NCBI GenBank assembly: GCA_047972425.1
Contig: JBKEAR010000022.1
Location: 8,371 to 72,370 of the forward strand
Reading direction: 5' to 3'
Source of the DNA: Alphaproteobacteria bacterium
GTDB taxonomy: Bacteria; Pseudomonadota; Alphaproteobacteria; JBKEAR01
Length of the DNA: 64,000 nt
The position numbers and the translations under genes are program-made. A model generated the notes under the pieces. That model was not told the origin of the DNA, searched no databases, and was given only the letters and a program-made list of their open reading frames with translations. Positions 50,886 to 60,500 of this stretch are shown piece by piece (the stretch's first letter is position 1; every line of letters begins with the position of its first letter).

Positions 50886-51082
50886 CGGCATCCTCCATAA
50901 TTTTGGAAAAAATCATCAATAAATTATTTAAGCTAAGCAATTTACCACCCATTTAAAAGAGTTTCAAGCCAAAGCGAAAAAAATCATTGTCTTTATCCCA
51001 TAAGATTGACATTTATAAAGAAATGAGCGTATAAAGAACAAAACAGAAACATTTATAATCGGATGTTAAGGCTAAAAAAAAT

Positions 51083-51556
51083 ATGCCCATATTAAATCTT
51101 GATGACTTTAAAAATACCGCAGGAGATGATAGTAGCTTGCTTGCTCTCGATGTGGGAACCAAAACAATTGGTCTTGCAGTTTCATCAGGCTTGCGGATAT
51201 CAGCCAGTAGTTTAGAGACAATATTCCGAAAAAAGTTAAAACTTGATGCAGAAATTATATTTAAATATTACAATGAATACGAATGTAGCGGGTTAATAGT
51301 GGGTTGGCCGCTAGAGATGGATGGCACAGCTGGCCGGCGATGCCAAGGTGTTCGCGATTTTACATTGGCCTTATTAAATATATATGATGCCCCTGTATTA
51401 TTTGTTGATGAACGTATGAGCAGTGCTGAAGCTGAGCAATATATGATAGAAACATTGGATATGAGCCGGCAAAAACGCAAGAAAAATATCGATAAAATGG
51501 CGGCTCAGATTATATTAACAAATGCATTGATCTTATTAAAGAGGAGCGATATTTGA
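51083..51556 (+). CDS. ruvX: RuvX/YqgF nuclease
   Basis: LALDVGTKTIGLAVS, VGWPLEMDG, VDERMSS, IDKMAAQIIL. Confidence 0.94.
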   Translation: MPILNLDDFKNTAGDDSSLLALDVGTKTIGLAVSSGLRISASSLETIFRKKLKLDAEIIFKYYNEYECSGLIVGWPLEMDGTAGRRCQGVRDFTLALLNIYDAPVLFVDERMSSAEAEQYMIETLDMSRQKRKKNIDKMAAQIILTNALILLKRSDI

Positions 51557-52143
51557 TTATTCTATTTGCTTTATTGGGATATTTATTTGGCTCTATCCCG
51601 TTTGGATTAATTTTGGTAAAAGCTGCAGGTTTGGGCGATATTCGGGATATTGGATCCGGCAATATCGGGACATCTAATGTGTTACGTACTGGCCGTAAAG
51701 ATTTAGCTTTGGCTACCCTTATATTAGATGCCGCCAAAGGAGCCATAGCATTTGCGCTAACATATTGGATATTTAAGCAAAGTTACGATGTTGCGCTTAT
51801 AGCTGGCTTTGCCGCCGTTATTGGCCATAATTACTCTATATGGCTTAAATTTAAAGGGGGTAAAGGTGTTGCTACAAGTTTGGGATTATATTTAGTTGCA
51901 TCGCCTTTGGTAGCCTTTGTTACAATTATTATATGGCTGATTGTAGCCATTATCACCCGTATTTCATCCCTTGCGGCAATGACAGCCTTACTTGTTACAC
52001 CGTTTGTTGCTTATTTATATCATGATAAAACCCTTGCAATAGTTTCTTTTTTATTGTGGATATTATGTATGTTTCGGCATAAAGATAATATTAAACGGAT
52101 ATTAAATGGTACCGAAAATAAAATTGGGAGCAGTAAAAAGTGA
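51553..52143 (+). CDS. plsY: Glycerol-3-phosphate acyltransferase PlsY
   Basis: YLFGSIPFG, GSGNIGTSNVLR, FKGGKGVAT, RHKDNIKR. Confidence 0.96.
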   Translation: MIILFALLGYLFGSIPFGLILVKAAGLGDIRDIGSGNIGTSNVLRTGRKDLALATLILDAAKGAIAFALTYWIFKQSYDVALIAGFAAVIGHNYSIWLKFKGGKGVATSLGLYLVASPLVAFVTIIIWLIVAIITRISSLAAMTALLVTPFVAYLYHDKTLAIVSFLLWILCMFRHKDNIKRILNGTENKIGSSKK

Positions 52144-53258
52144 CCTTTAAAACGCAAGTGCTCTCAAATACCGAAAAATTAAATTACTTGCGCCTTATCC
52201 GCTCTGAAAATATTGGTCCTGTAACCTTTTTTAAACTGATGAACCATTTTTCATCGGCAGAGCAAGCTTTATTGCATGTTGAACAAATGGCAAAAAATGG
52301 TGGCAAAAAGAATTTTAAAGTTGCGAAAATAAAAAATATTGAAAAAGAAATACAATATGCCGAAGGGCAAAATATAAAAATAATTGCTTTTTGCGAACCC
52401 GAATATCCACCCCTTTTGCGGCATATTCATGACCCTCCCCCTATTTTATATGCAAAAGGACATATTGATATTTTACGAAAAAAGTCCTTTGCAATCGTTG
52501 GTGCCCGAAACGCCTCGTTACTCGGCAAAGAAACGGCCTTTCATATTGCAGCTGAAATGGGAAAGAACGGTGTTTCGATTGTATCTGGTATGGCTAAGGG
52601 GATTGATGCAAAGGCTCACGAGGGTGCGTTGCCTACAGGTACGGTTGCAGTGCTTGGTGGAGGCGTGGATGTTGTTTATCCGAAAGAAAATGCAAAATTA
52701 TATGAACATATTGCAGATGCTGGTGCAGTGATTTCCGAGGCTCCATTAAAAACACAACCTTTGGCAAAGCATTTTCCGCGGCGGAATCGGATAATATCGG
52801 GTATGTGCCGTGGTATATTGGTGGTGGAGGCAGCTAGAGCTTCGGGCTCTTTAATTACTGCAAATATGGCAATAGAGCAAGGCAGAGAAGTTTTTGCAAT
52901 ACCCGGCCACCCAAGTGATGAACGTACAAGAGGGCCTAATAAGTTAATAAAACAAGGGGCAATATTAACCGAAGAAGCAACTGATATTTTGGGTGTTATC
53001 AATGATATGCCGTTTGAGGCTCAAGCCATGCCGGCTTCTTTATTTGATAATAAAATACCAAAAAACCTTGACGAAGATATACTGAATAACTTACGTATTG
53101 AGATATTAGAGCTTTTAAGTCCAAGCCCGATAGATGTGGATGTTCTTATTCGGGAGCTCGATTGCCCATATGGGTTTTTGGCGCATATATTATTAGAGCT
53201 TGAGCTCGCCGGAAAGCTAGTTCATCACCCCGGAAATAAAGTGTCTATTATAAAGTAA
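52140..53258 (+). CDS. dprA: DNA processing protein DprA
   Basis: IVGARNAS, VSGMAKGID, FPRRNRIISG, SGSLITA, GREVFAIPG. Confidence 0.96.
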   Translation: MTFKTQVLSNTEKLNYLRLIRSENIGPVTFFKLMNHFSSAEQALLHVEQMAKNGGKKNFKVAKIKNIEKEIQYAEGQNIKIIAFCEPEYPPLLRHIHDPPPILYAKGHIDILRKKSFAIVGARNASLLGKETAFHIAAEMGKNGVSIVSGMAKGIDAKAHEGALPTGTVAVLGGGVDVVYPKENAKLYEHIADAGAVISEAPLKTQPLAKHFPRRNRIISGMCRGILVVEAARASGSLITANMAIEQGREVFAIPGHPSDERTRGPNKLIKQGAILTEEATDILGVINDMPFEAQAMPASLFDNKIPKNLDEDILNNLRIEILELLSPSPIDVDVLIRELDCPYGFLAHILLELELAGKLVHHPGNKVSIIK

Positions 53259-53356
53259 CTAAAAAATATTAGCTTTAATTTTATTGCATTTGGCTATATA
53301 GAATAGATTATTAAAAAATGCATATAAAGAATATTAAGAAAGAAAAGGCAAAGCGC

Positions 53357-55894
53357 ATGCAAGTAGTGGTTGTTGAATCTCCAGCCAAAGCAAAAACAAT
53401 TAATAAATATTTGGGTAAAGATTTTACAGTTCTTGCCTCTTATGGGCATGTTCGTGATTTACCGCCAAAAGATGGCTCGGTAGACCCCAATGATGATTTT
53501 AAAATGTTATGGCAGGTAGATGCCGGATCGAAAAAACAACTCAAAGCAATATCCGATGCCTTAAAAGGAGCGACGGACTTATGGCTCGCAACCGACCCGG
53601 ATAGAGAGGGAGAGGCCATTAGTTGGCATGTGTTGCAATATCTAAAAGAATCGAAAAAATTAAAAGATATTAATGTGCACCGTGTTGTTTTTCATGAGAT
53701 TACAAAAGATGCAATTTTAGAGGCCTTTAAACATCCCCGCCAAGTGGATGATGAAATGGTTGAGGCTTATTTGGCTCGGCGCGCCTTAGATTATTTGGTG
53801 GGCTTTAATATATCCCCCCTCTTATGGCGTAAATTACCGGGTGCAAAATCAGCCGGCCGGGTGCAATCGGTTGCATTGCGATTAATCTGTGAGCGTGAAA
53901 GCGAAATTGAAAATTTTAAGTCCGATGAATATTGGAGCGTTAAAGGCTTATTTAATACATTAAAAAATGAAGCTTTATCGGCAAATCTTATTCAGCTCCA
54001 TGGTAAGAAATTAGAGAAACTTTCTTTAGGGAATAAAAAAGCTGCAGATGGTGCCGTTGCTGCGCTTAAGGCCGGATTGTTTAAGGTTTCTAAGGTTGCG
54101 ACCAAACAAACAAAGCGTAACCCTTATGCGCCATTTATTACATCCACCTTGCAGCAAGATGCCAGCCGTCGTTTAGGGTTCTCGGCACGTAAAACAATGC
54201 AGGTTGCCCAAAAACTTTATGAGGGCATTAATATTGGCGGCGAAACCGTTGGTCTGATTACCTATATGCGTACTGATAGTGTTGTGCTTTCGGCCGATGC
54301 AATTAGCCAAACCCGTGGTTATATTGAAAAAAATTATGATAAACGTTATTTACCATCGGCACCACGGAGTTTTAAATCAAAATCCCGTAATGCGCAAGAA
54401 GCGCACGAGGCTATTCGCCCAACCTTGATTAACCGTACTGCCGAGCAACTTTCGCGTAGTTTGGATAACGACCAGTTGCGTTTATATGAACTTATTTGGA
54501 AGCGCACCGTTGCATCACAAATGGCACAGGCAATTATGGACCAGATGGAGGTTCAGATTGCATCGGCAGATAATCAAACGATTTTAAAGGCAACAGGTAG
54601 TGCTATTGCCTTTGATGGTTTTTTAAAGCTATATCGTGAAGCCAATGATGAAAATACCGATGAAAATGATACTTTGCTTCCTTATGTAAAAGAAGGCGAA
54701 ACCATTGATTTGCTTGATGTTGAAACCAATCAGCATTTTACTCAGCCTCCCCCTCGATATTCTGAGGCCAGTTTGGTAAGCAAGTTAGAAGAGCTTGGTA
54801 TTGGTCGGCCATCGACTTATGCATCAATTATCTCAGTATTACAAGATAGAGACTATGTGCGTTTAGAAAGCCGGCGTTTTATCCCCGAAGATCGCGGGCG
54901 GATTGTAACGGCATTTATGGAAAAATGGTTTGAGCGTTATGTTCAATATGATTTTACCGCCAATTTAGAAGAACAGCTTGATTTTATTGCTCAAGGTAAA
55001 GAGGAATGGAAAGCTGTACTCCGTGAGTTTTGGAAAGACTTTTACGCCAATATTGATGATTTAAAAGATTTAACGATTACGGAAGTTGTTGAAGCAATTG
55101 ATGATAAATTGGGCGAACATTTTATTGGAGAAGACAGAACCTGCCCCAAATGTACCATCGGTAAACTTGGATTAAAAATCGGCCGGTTCGGATCATTCAT
55201 CGGTTGTTCGCGTTATCCGGATTGTGATTATACAAGACCGCTCGCAAAAACAGATGACGAAGAAGTTGCGCAAGATATAAGCGATAACGAGCCAAAAGAG
55301 CTTGGTACGGACCCTGAGACAGGAAAAATTGTTCATCTTAAAAAAGGCCCTTATGGTTGGTATGTGCAGCTGGGTGAAAAAGAAGGTAAGGAGAAACCCA
55401 AGCGCGCATCACTCGGTAAAGGCAAGACACCTAATGATATAACTTTTGAGGCCGCATTAACGATGCTATCACTCCCAAGAGAAGTTGGGGTTTACCCAGA
55501 AACCGGTGAAATGATAACAGCCAATATTGGGCGGTTTGGCCCCTATTTAAATTGGGGGAAAAGTTACCTAAATTTAAAATCTGATGATGTATATACGATT
55601 GGTCTTAATAGAGCTGTTTCGTTAATTACAGAATCTGCTGCTCTTAAAGAGGGTAAAAAAATTGGTATTTTTAAGCCAACGGGTGAAGATATTTTGGTGA
55701 AATCCGGCCGTTATGGCCCTTATGTTGAGGCTGGGCAATTACGTGCCAGTTTACCTAGGGGTACAGATACCACCGAAGTAAGTGAAGAGCAAGCCAATGC
55801 TTTACTTATAGAAGCACAAAATAAACCAGCAAAACCAAAAGCAAAACCAAAAGCAAAAACAACACGCAAAAAAGCAAAAGCGAAAAAGGAATAA
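53357..55894 (+). CDS. topA: DNA topoisomerase I
   Basis: VVESPAKAKTI, ATDPDREGEAI, ITYMRTDS, GIGRPSTY, C4 zinc finger, C-terminal repeats; ATG 53357 after AAGG. Confidence 0.97.
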   Translation: MQVVVVESPAKAKTINKYLGKDFTVLASYGHVRDLPPKDGSVDPNDDFKMLWQVDAGSKKQLKAISDALKGATDLWLATDPDREGEAISWHVLQYLKESKKLKDINVHRVVFHEITKDAILEAFKHPRQVDDEMVEAYLARRALDYLVGFNISPLLWRKLPGAKSAGRVQSVALRLICERESEIENFKSDEYWSVKGLFNTLKNEALSANLIQLHGKKLEKLSLGNKKAADGAVAALKAGLFKVSKVATKQTKRNPYAPFITSTLQQDASRRLGFSARKTMQVAQKLYEGINIGGETVGLITYMRTDSVVLSADAISQTRGYIEKNYDKRYLPSAPRSFKSKSRNAQEAHEAIRPTLINRTAEQLSRSLDNDQLRLYELIWKRTVASQMAQAIMDQMEVQIASADNQTILKATGSAIAFDGFLKLYREANDENTDENDTLLPYVKEGETIDLLDVETNQHFTQPPPRYSEASLVSKLEELGIGRPSTYASIISVLQDRDYVRLESRRFIPEDRGRIVTAFMEKWFERYVQYDFTANLEEQLDFIAQGKEEWKAVLREFWKDFYANIDDLKDLTITEVVEAIDDKLGEHFIGEDRTCPKCTIGKLGLKIGRFGSFIGCSRYPDCDYTRPLAKTDDEEVAQDISDNEPKELGTDPETGKIVHLKKGPYGWYVQLGEKEGKEKPKRASLGKGKTPNDITFEAALTMLSLPREVGVYPETGEMITANIGRFGPYLNWGKSYLNLKSDDVYTIGLNRAVSLITESAALKEGKKIGIFKPTGEDILVKSGRYGPYVEAGQLRASLPRGTDTTEVSEEQANALLIEAQNKPAKPKAKPKAKTTRKKAKAKKE

Positions 55895-55896
55895 TA

Positions 55897-58203
55897 ATGG
55901 CTTATAGCCCGCTGCCACCGAAGAGTGATATTTTAGATTATATTAATGAACATAAAGATGGTGTTACAAAAACTTCACTTTCTCGAGCATTTAATTTATC
56001 ATCAGATGACCGCCGAAATCTTCGTTTTTTGTTAAAAGACTTAGAACAACAAGGGCAAATTATACGTGGTAAAAAAGGATTATGGCTGTCGGTTGAGAAT
56101 GCAGGTACTGATAATAAAATATCAATACCGATAACAATGCGTGTTGTAACAGAAAAACCATTATCCGGCCTAGTTTTAAATGATGATAATCAGGAAGAAG
56201 ACCCGTCTTTAGAAAATGAAGTGCAACTTTTAAAACGTAAAGAACTTACAGATATTTATGACCCGCAGTCACATTTTCGTAGTCTTAAAAAAGGTGACCA
56301 AATTTTGGCACAGCTTCAAACTAATGAAGAAGGTGGGACAAGGGCAAAAGTTATTAGTCGGCTAAATAAACAAAATAGCAGCTTTATGGCGATTTATCGT
56401 GATGAAGGTAGCTATGGCTTGCTCGACCCTATTCATAAATCGACACGTGAGGAATATATTGTCGCTAAAGATCAGAGCAACGGTGCAGAAGAAGGCGATT
56501 TAGTACAAGCAGAACCACTTCGGGGGAATAATAGCCGTGGTCAGCGCGGGGCAAAAAAAGCGCGCATTACTAAGGTATTAACATTTGACCGTAGCCCGTT
56601 AGCCTTAGATGAAATTGGTTTAATAGAGCATGATATACCGCAAGAATTTAGCGATAAAGCTCTTAAACAAGCCGAAGCTTTAGGGGAAGTTGATGATTAT
56701 AAACGCATCGACTTGCGCCATATCCCTTTTGTAACGATTGATGGTGCCGATGCTAAAGATTTTGATGATGCTGTATTTGCCGAGCCAGATAAAGATAACC
56801 CGGGCGCATGGCATGCAATGGTTGCTATTGCCGATGTAAGCTGGTATGTGCGCCCGAATACCACCCTTGATAATGCAGCATTAGAGCGCGGAAATTCGGT
56901 ATATTTGCCGGGTATGGTTGTACCCATGCTACCGGAGGTTTTATCTAACGGTTGGTGTTCGCTTAACCCCGATGTAAAACGCGGTGCTTTGGTATGTGAA
57001 ATGTGGTTGGATTCCCATGGGCATTTAACCCGTTATAAATTTTACCGGGCAATGATATGCTCTCAGGCGCGGTTAACTTATCGGCAGGTTCACCAGTTTT
57101 TAGAAGGTAATCAAGATAAGCTACCGCCAATCGATGCGGTAAGAGAATCGGTAAATAATCTCCATTCAGTTTGGATGTTACTTAATAATTTACGTATGCA
57201 ACGTGGCGCTCTTGCTTTAGAGAGCAGTGAGCGCAAAGTTGTTTTAGACGATGATGGCATGATTGCCGATATCCACCCTGCTGAACATTGGGAAAGCCAT
57301 GAAATTATCGAAGAATTTATGATTTTGGCAAATGTGGCTGCAGCCAAACAATTAGAGAAATCCGGTTATGCTAAAGAAAATTTATGCATGTATCGGGTAC
57401 ATGATAAACCCAATGCAGAAAAATTATCTATGCTCACCCCCCTATTTAGCTCTTTAGATATCCAAGTGAAAAAGCTCAATAATCCGCAACCAAAAGATAT
57501 CAATAATATTCTTATCCAAGCCAAAGAAAAAAAAGTAAGTGCTTTGGTATCTAAAGCCGTTTTACGTTGCCAATCTCAGGCACAATATTCTCCCCATAAT
57601 ATTGGCCATTATGGTTTGGCTTTAACTGAATATTGCCATTTTACATCGCCAATTCGGCGTTATCCAGATTTATTGGTGCATCGAGCCCTTGTTGATGCTT
57701 GTAACTTAGGCGAAGGTGGATTAGGTGAACATATCAGAAATTTTGATGAGTTAGGTGATCATTGTAATATGACGGAGCGCCGTGCTGTTTTATGTGAGCG
57801 CGATACAATGGATCGTTTAACAGCCCAGTTTTTAGCCCCCCATATTGGCGCAACATTTGAGGCAACTATTGATGGCATGAATAGAGCCGGTATTTTTGTA
57901 ACGCTTGATGATAGTGGTGCCTCAGGCTTTAGCCCGATGAGCCGCTTACCTATTGGGCGGTTTATTTATGATGAAGTACAATCGGTTGTATTAGAAACAA
58001 AAAGTCGCAAAGCATATAGATTAGGCGATGCTGTTTTAGCAAAATTGATTGAAGTTTCGGCCGCTGCGGGCTCAATGGTTTTTCAAATAGAGACCCCACC
58101 CAAACATTTAATATCTCGTCCAAAACAATCTCAAAATAGAGAAAATACAGGTTCAAAACGCCGAACATCAAGGCGCCCCACCAAAAAGAAAAACCGCAGA
58201 TAA
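55897..58203 (+). CDS. rnr: Ribonuclease R
   Basis: TIDGADAKDFDDA, IADVSWYV, IEEFMILAN, HFTSPIRRYPDL, S1 domain, basic tail. Confidence 0.95.
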   Translation: MAYSPLPPKSDILDYINEHKDGVTKTSLSRAFNLSSDDRRNLRFLLKDLEQQGQIIRGKKGLWLSVENAGTDNKISIPITMRVVTEKPLSGLVLNDDNQEEDPSLENEVQLLKRKELTDIYDPQSHFRSLKKGDQILAQLQTNEEGGTRAKVISRLNKQNSSFMAIYRDEGSYGLLDPIHKSTREEYIVAKDQSNGAEEGDLVQAEPLRGNNSRGQRGAKKARITKVLTFDRSPLALDEIGLIEHDIPQEFSDKALKQAEALGEVDDYKRIDLRHIPFVTIDGADAKDFDDAVFAEPDKDNPGAWHAMVAIADVSWYVRPNTTLDNAALERGNSVYLPGMVVPMLPEVLSNGWCSLNPDVKRGALVCEMWLDSHGHLTRYKFYRAMICSQARLTYRQVHQFLEGNQDKLPPIDAVRESVNNLHSVWMLLNNLRMQRGALALESSERKVVLDDDGMIADIHPAEHWESHEIIEEFMILANVAAAKQLEKSGYAKENLCMYRVHDKPNAEKLSMLTPLFSSLDIQVKKLNNPQPKDINNILIQAKEKKVSALVSKAVLRCQSQAQYSPHNIGHYGLALTEYCHFTSPIRRYPDLLVHRALVDACNLGEGGLGEHIRNFDELGDHCNMTERRAVLCERDTMDRLTAQFLAPHIGATFEATIDGMNRAGIFVTLDDSGASGFSPMSRLPIGRFIYDEVQSVVLETKSRKAYRLGDAVLAKLIEVSAAAGSMVFQIETPPKHLISRPKQSQNRENTGSKRRTSRRPTKKKNRR

Positions 58204-58220
58204 TTACTCCAAATACTGAG

Positions 58221-58252
58221 AAAAAGCACAATATTTATTGTGCTTTTTTTTC
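58221..58252 (+). terminator. Intrinsic terminator after rnr
   Basis: AAAAAGCACAATA-tt-TATTGTGCTTTTT then more T. Confidence 0.85.
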
Positions 58253-58405
58253 TGATAAAAATGTTCTTATTATAACTATCTCTATAGTTTAAAAATTTAA
58301 TATTTGTTAGAAATATTATTTGTAGATAAAAGATTATATTTTTCAACAAAGCAATAAGTTTGTGAGAAAGATAAAATAAGTATTGACTCCGATTTAAATT
58401 AATGA

Positions 58406-58435
58406 GAATATATATTCAATAAAGAATTAATATTC
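58406..58435. promoter_or_regulatory. Tandem palindromes GAATATATATTC / GAATTAATATTC, candidate operator of the sugar operon
   Basis: Two 12-mers 18 bp apart, between TTGACT (58383) and the GGAG RBS. Confidence 0.45.
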
Positions 58436-58452
58436 ATATTTGGAGTGGTAGT

Positions 58453-59454
58453 ATGAGTAATATTAAAAGCGATACGACTGTCGTTGAAAATTTAAATGCA
58501 AAATCGAACAAGCTATCAAATTTACTATCATTAGGTGGCGCAACTGGGCCTTTAATTGGCCTCATTCTTCTTTGTATCTTTTTAACTTTTGCAACAGATT
58601 CATTTTTCTCTATGCGAAATTTTTTAAATGTTCTTGATCAGATTACTGTTCTTGGCATTATGGCTGTCGGTATGACTTTTGTTATTCTTATTGCTGGGAT
58701 TGATTTATCTGTTGGATCTGTTCTGGCATTAGCAATGATGGTTTTAGGATACTTAAATGTATCTGTAGGTCTTCCGATGTGGGTTGCAATACCAGGTGCA
58801 TTATTCGCTGCATCTTTAGCAGGTTTTGCATCGGGTTTATGGATCACAAGATTTAATGTTCCACCTTTTATCGCAACTTTAGCAATGATGTCTATTGCCC
58901 GCGGAATAGCTAACATGATTACAAATGGTCAGCAAATTATTGGTTTTCCGTCTTGGTTTAATATGGCTGCTATTATTCGTTATGGTGGTTTTTTAACAAT
59001 GACTGTTGCCGTAATGCTTATAGTTTTTGTTATTGCTTGGATATTTCAACGTTATCGTTCAGAGGGGCGTTCATTATATGCCATTGGTGGTAGTCCTGAA
59101 GTTGCTCGCCTTGCGGGTATAAATGTAAAAAGAACAACAACACTTGTTTATACAACATCAGCTTTTCTTTCTGGTCTTGCAGGTATCATGTTAGCCGCTC
59201 GTTTAGATTCTGTTCAGCCTAGTTCTGGTGTAGCTTATGAGCTTGATGCTATTGCTGCGGTTGTCATTGGTGGTACTAGTTTATCCGGTGGCTCTGGTGG
59301 AATTGGTGGAACAATTGTTGGTGTGCTTATCATTGGTGTTCTCAGAAACGGACTTAATTTATTAGGTGTATCACCATTTGTACAAGCGGTAATCATTGGC
59401 TTTGTAATTGTATTTGCTGTTGCTGCTGAAACTTTTAAAGGGCGTAGCAAATAA
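58453..59454 (+). CDS. Sugar/polyol ABC transporter permease (RbsC family)
   Basis: GIDLSVGS, PPFIATL, GRSLYAIGGS.EVARLAGI, YELDAIAAVVIGGTSLSGG. Confidence 0.95.
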   Translation: MSNIKSDTTVVENLNAKSNKLSNLLSLGGATGPLIGLILLCIFLTFATDSFFSMRNFLNVLDQITVLGIMAVGMTFVILIAGIDLSVGSVLALAMMVLGYLNVSVGLPMWVAIPGALFAASLAGFASGLWITRFNVPPFIATLAMMSIARGIANMITNGQQIIGFPSWFNMAAIIRYGGFLTMTVAVMLIVFVIAWIFQRYRSEGRSLYAIGGSPEVARLAGINVKRTTTLVYTTSAFLSGLAGIMLAARLDSVQPSSGVAYELDAIAAVVIGGTSLSGGSGGIGGTIVGVLIIGVLRNGLNLLGVSPFVQAVIIGFVIVFAVAAETFKGRSK

Positions 59455-59533
59455 AATAAAGAAAAGGGACAAAACCCTTTTAAAACTTAACTTAATATTG
59501 AAAAATCGTTTAATTTGACGGAGGTAAATCAAA

Positions 59534-60469
59534 ATGAAAACGTTAAAACATATTTTACTAACATCAGCTTTTATTGCAGCTTCTATAGCTCCTAGTGCAA
59601 TGGGTGAAGTTAAAAAAATAGGCTTAGCTGTTCCGAACTTACAGGCTGACTATTTTAATCAAATTAAAATGGGTGTAGAAAAATATGCGGCTGAGCTTGG
59701 TATTGAAGTCATTACTGTAGATGCAAAAAATGATACTGCAACTCAAGTGAGCCAAGTACAAGATTTAATTACACAAGATATTGATGCCTTTATTTATGTT
59801 CCTGCGGGTGCAGCTGCGGCAACGGTTCCAACCCGTTTAGCTAAAGGTGCTGGTATTCCTGTTATTAATGTGGATCGCTTCCCTGAAACTGAACCAGGTA
59901 ATACATTTATTGCAGGTGAAAGTAAAAATTCATCTTACGAAGTTTGTAAATATATCATAGAAAAGGCTGGTGGTACTGGTGAAATGGCGATTATACATGG
60001 CCAAAAAGGTACAACACCAGAGGTTGATCGTTATGAAGGTTGTAAACGTGCAATTGATGAATATCCTGATGTTAAAGTTGTAGCCCAACAATGGACAGAA
60101 ATGTGGTCACCGAATGAAGGCTTCCAAGTAGCACAAAATATGCTCCAAGCTCATCCGAATATTAAAGTTATTTTTGCTCAAGCAGATGCAATGGCTATGG
60201 GTGCAGCTAAGGCAACAGACGTTGCTGGGCTGAGTGAACAAGTCATTATTGGTGGATATGATGGAGATACATCAGCTTTAGAATATTTGGCTAAAGGAGA
60301 AGGTCCATTTATTGTAACTGCCACACAACAAACACAAGCTATGGGGCGCTTAGCTGTTGATTCTGCCGTAAAAGCTGAAGCCGGTGAAGAAATTCCTGAG
60401 TTTCAGTTGACTGATGCTGTTATCACTACAAGTGAAAATGCACCAAAGTTTGTTGCAGAACATCCATAG
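59534..60469 (+). CDS. Sugar/polyol ABC substrate-binding protein (RbsB family)
   Basis: Signal peptide, IGLAVPNLQADYFNQIK, GIPVINVDR, DAMAMGA, GGYDG. Confidence 0.93.
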   Translation: MKTLKHILLTSAFIAASIAPSAMGEVKKIGLAVPNLQADYFNQIKMGVEKYAAELGIEVITVDAKNDTATQVSQVQDLITQDIDAFIYVPAGAAAATVPTRLAKGAGIPVINVDRFPETEPGNTFIAGESKNSSYEVCKYIIEKAGGTGEMAIIHGQKGTTPEVDRYEGCKRAIDEYPDVKVVAQQWTEMWSPNEGFQVAQNMLQAHPNIKVIFAQADAMAMGAAKATDVAGLSEQVIIGGYDGDTSALEYLAKGEGPFIVTATQQTQAMGRLAVDSAVKAEAGEEIPEFQLTDAVITTSENAPKFVAEHP

Positions 60470-60500
60470 TTAGTTAACAAGTAAAAGTTTGGAGAGAGTT

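Noticed and set aside
55820-55894. GCAAAACCAAAA tandem repeat at the end of topA
   Set aside because: Encodes the ordinary Lys/Ala/Pro-rich TopA tail
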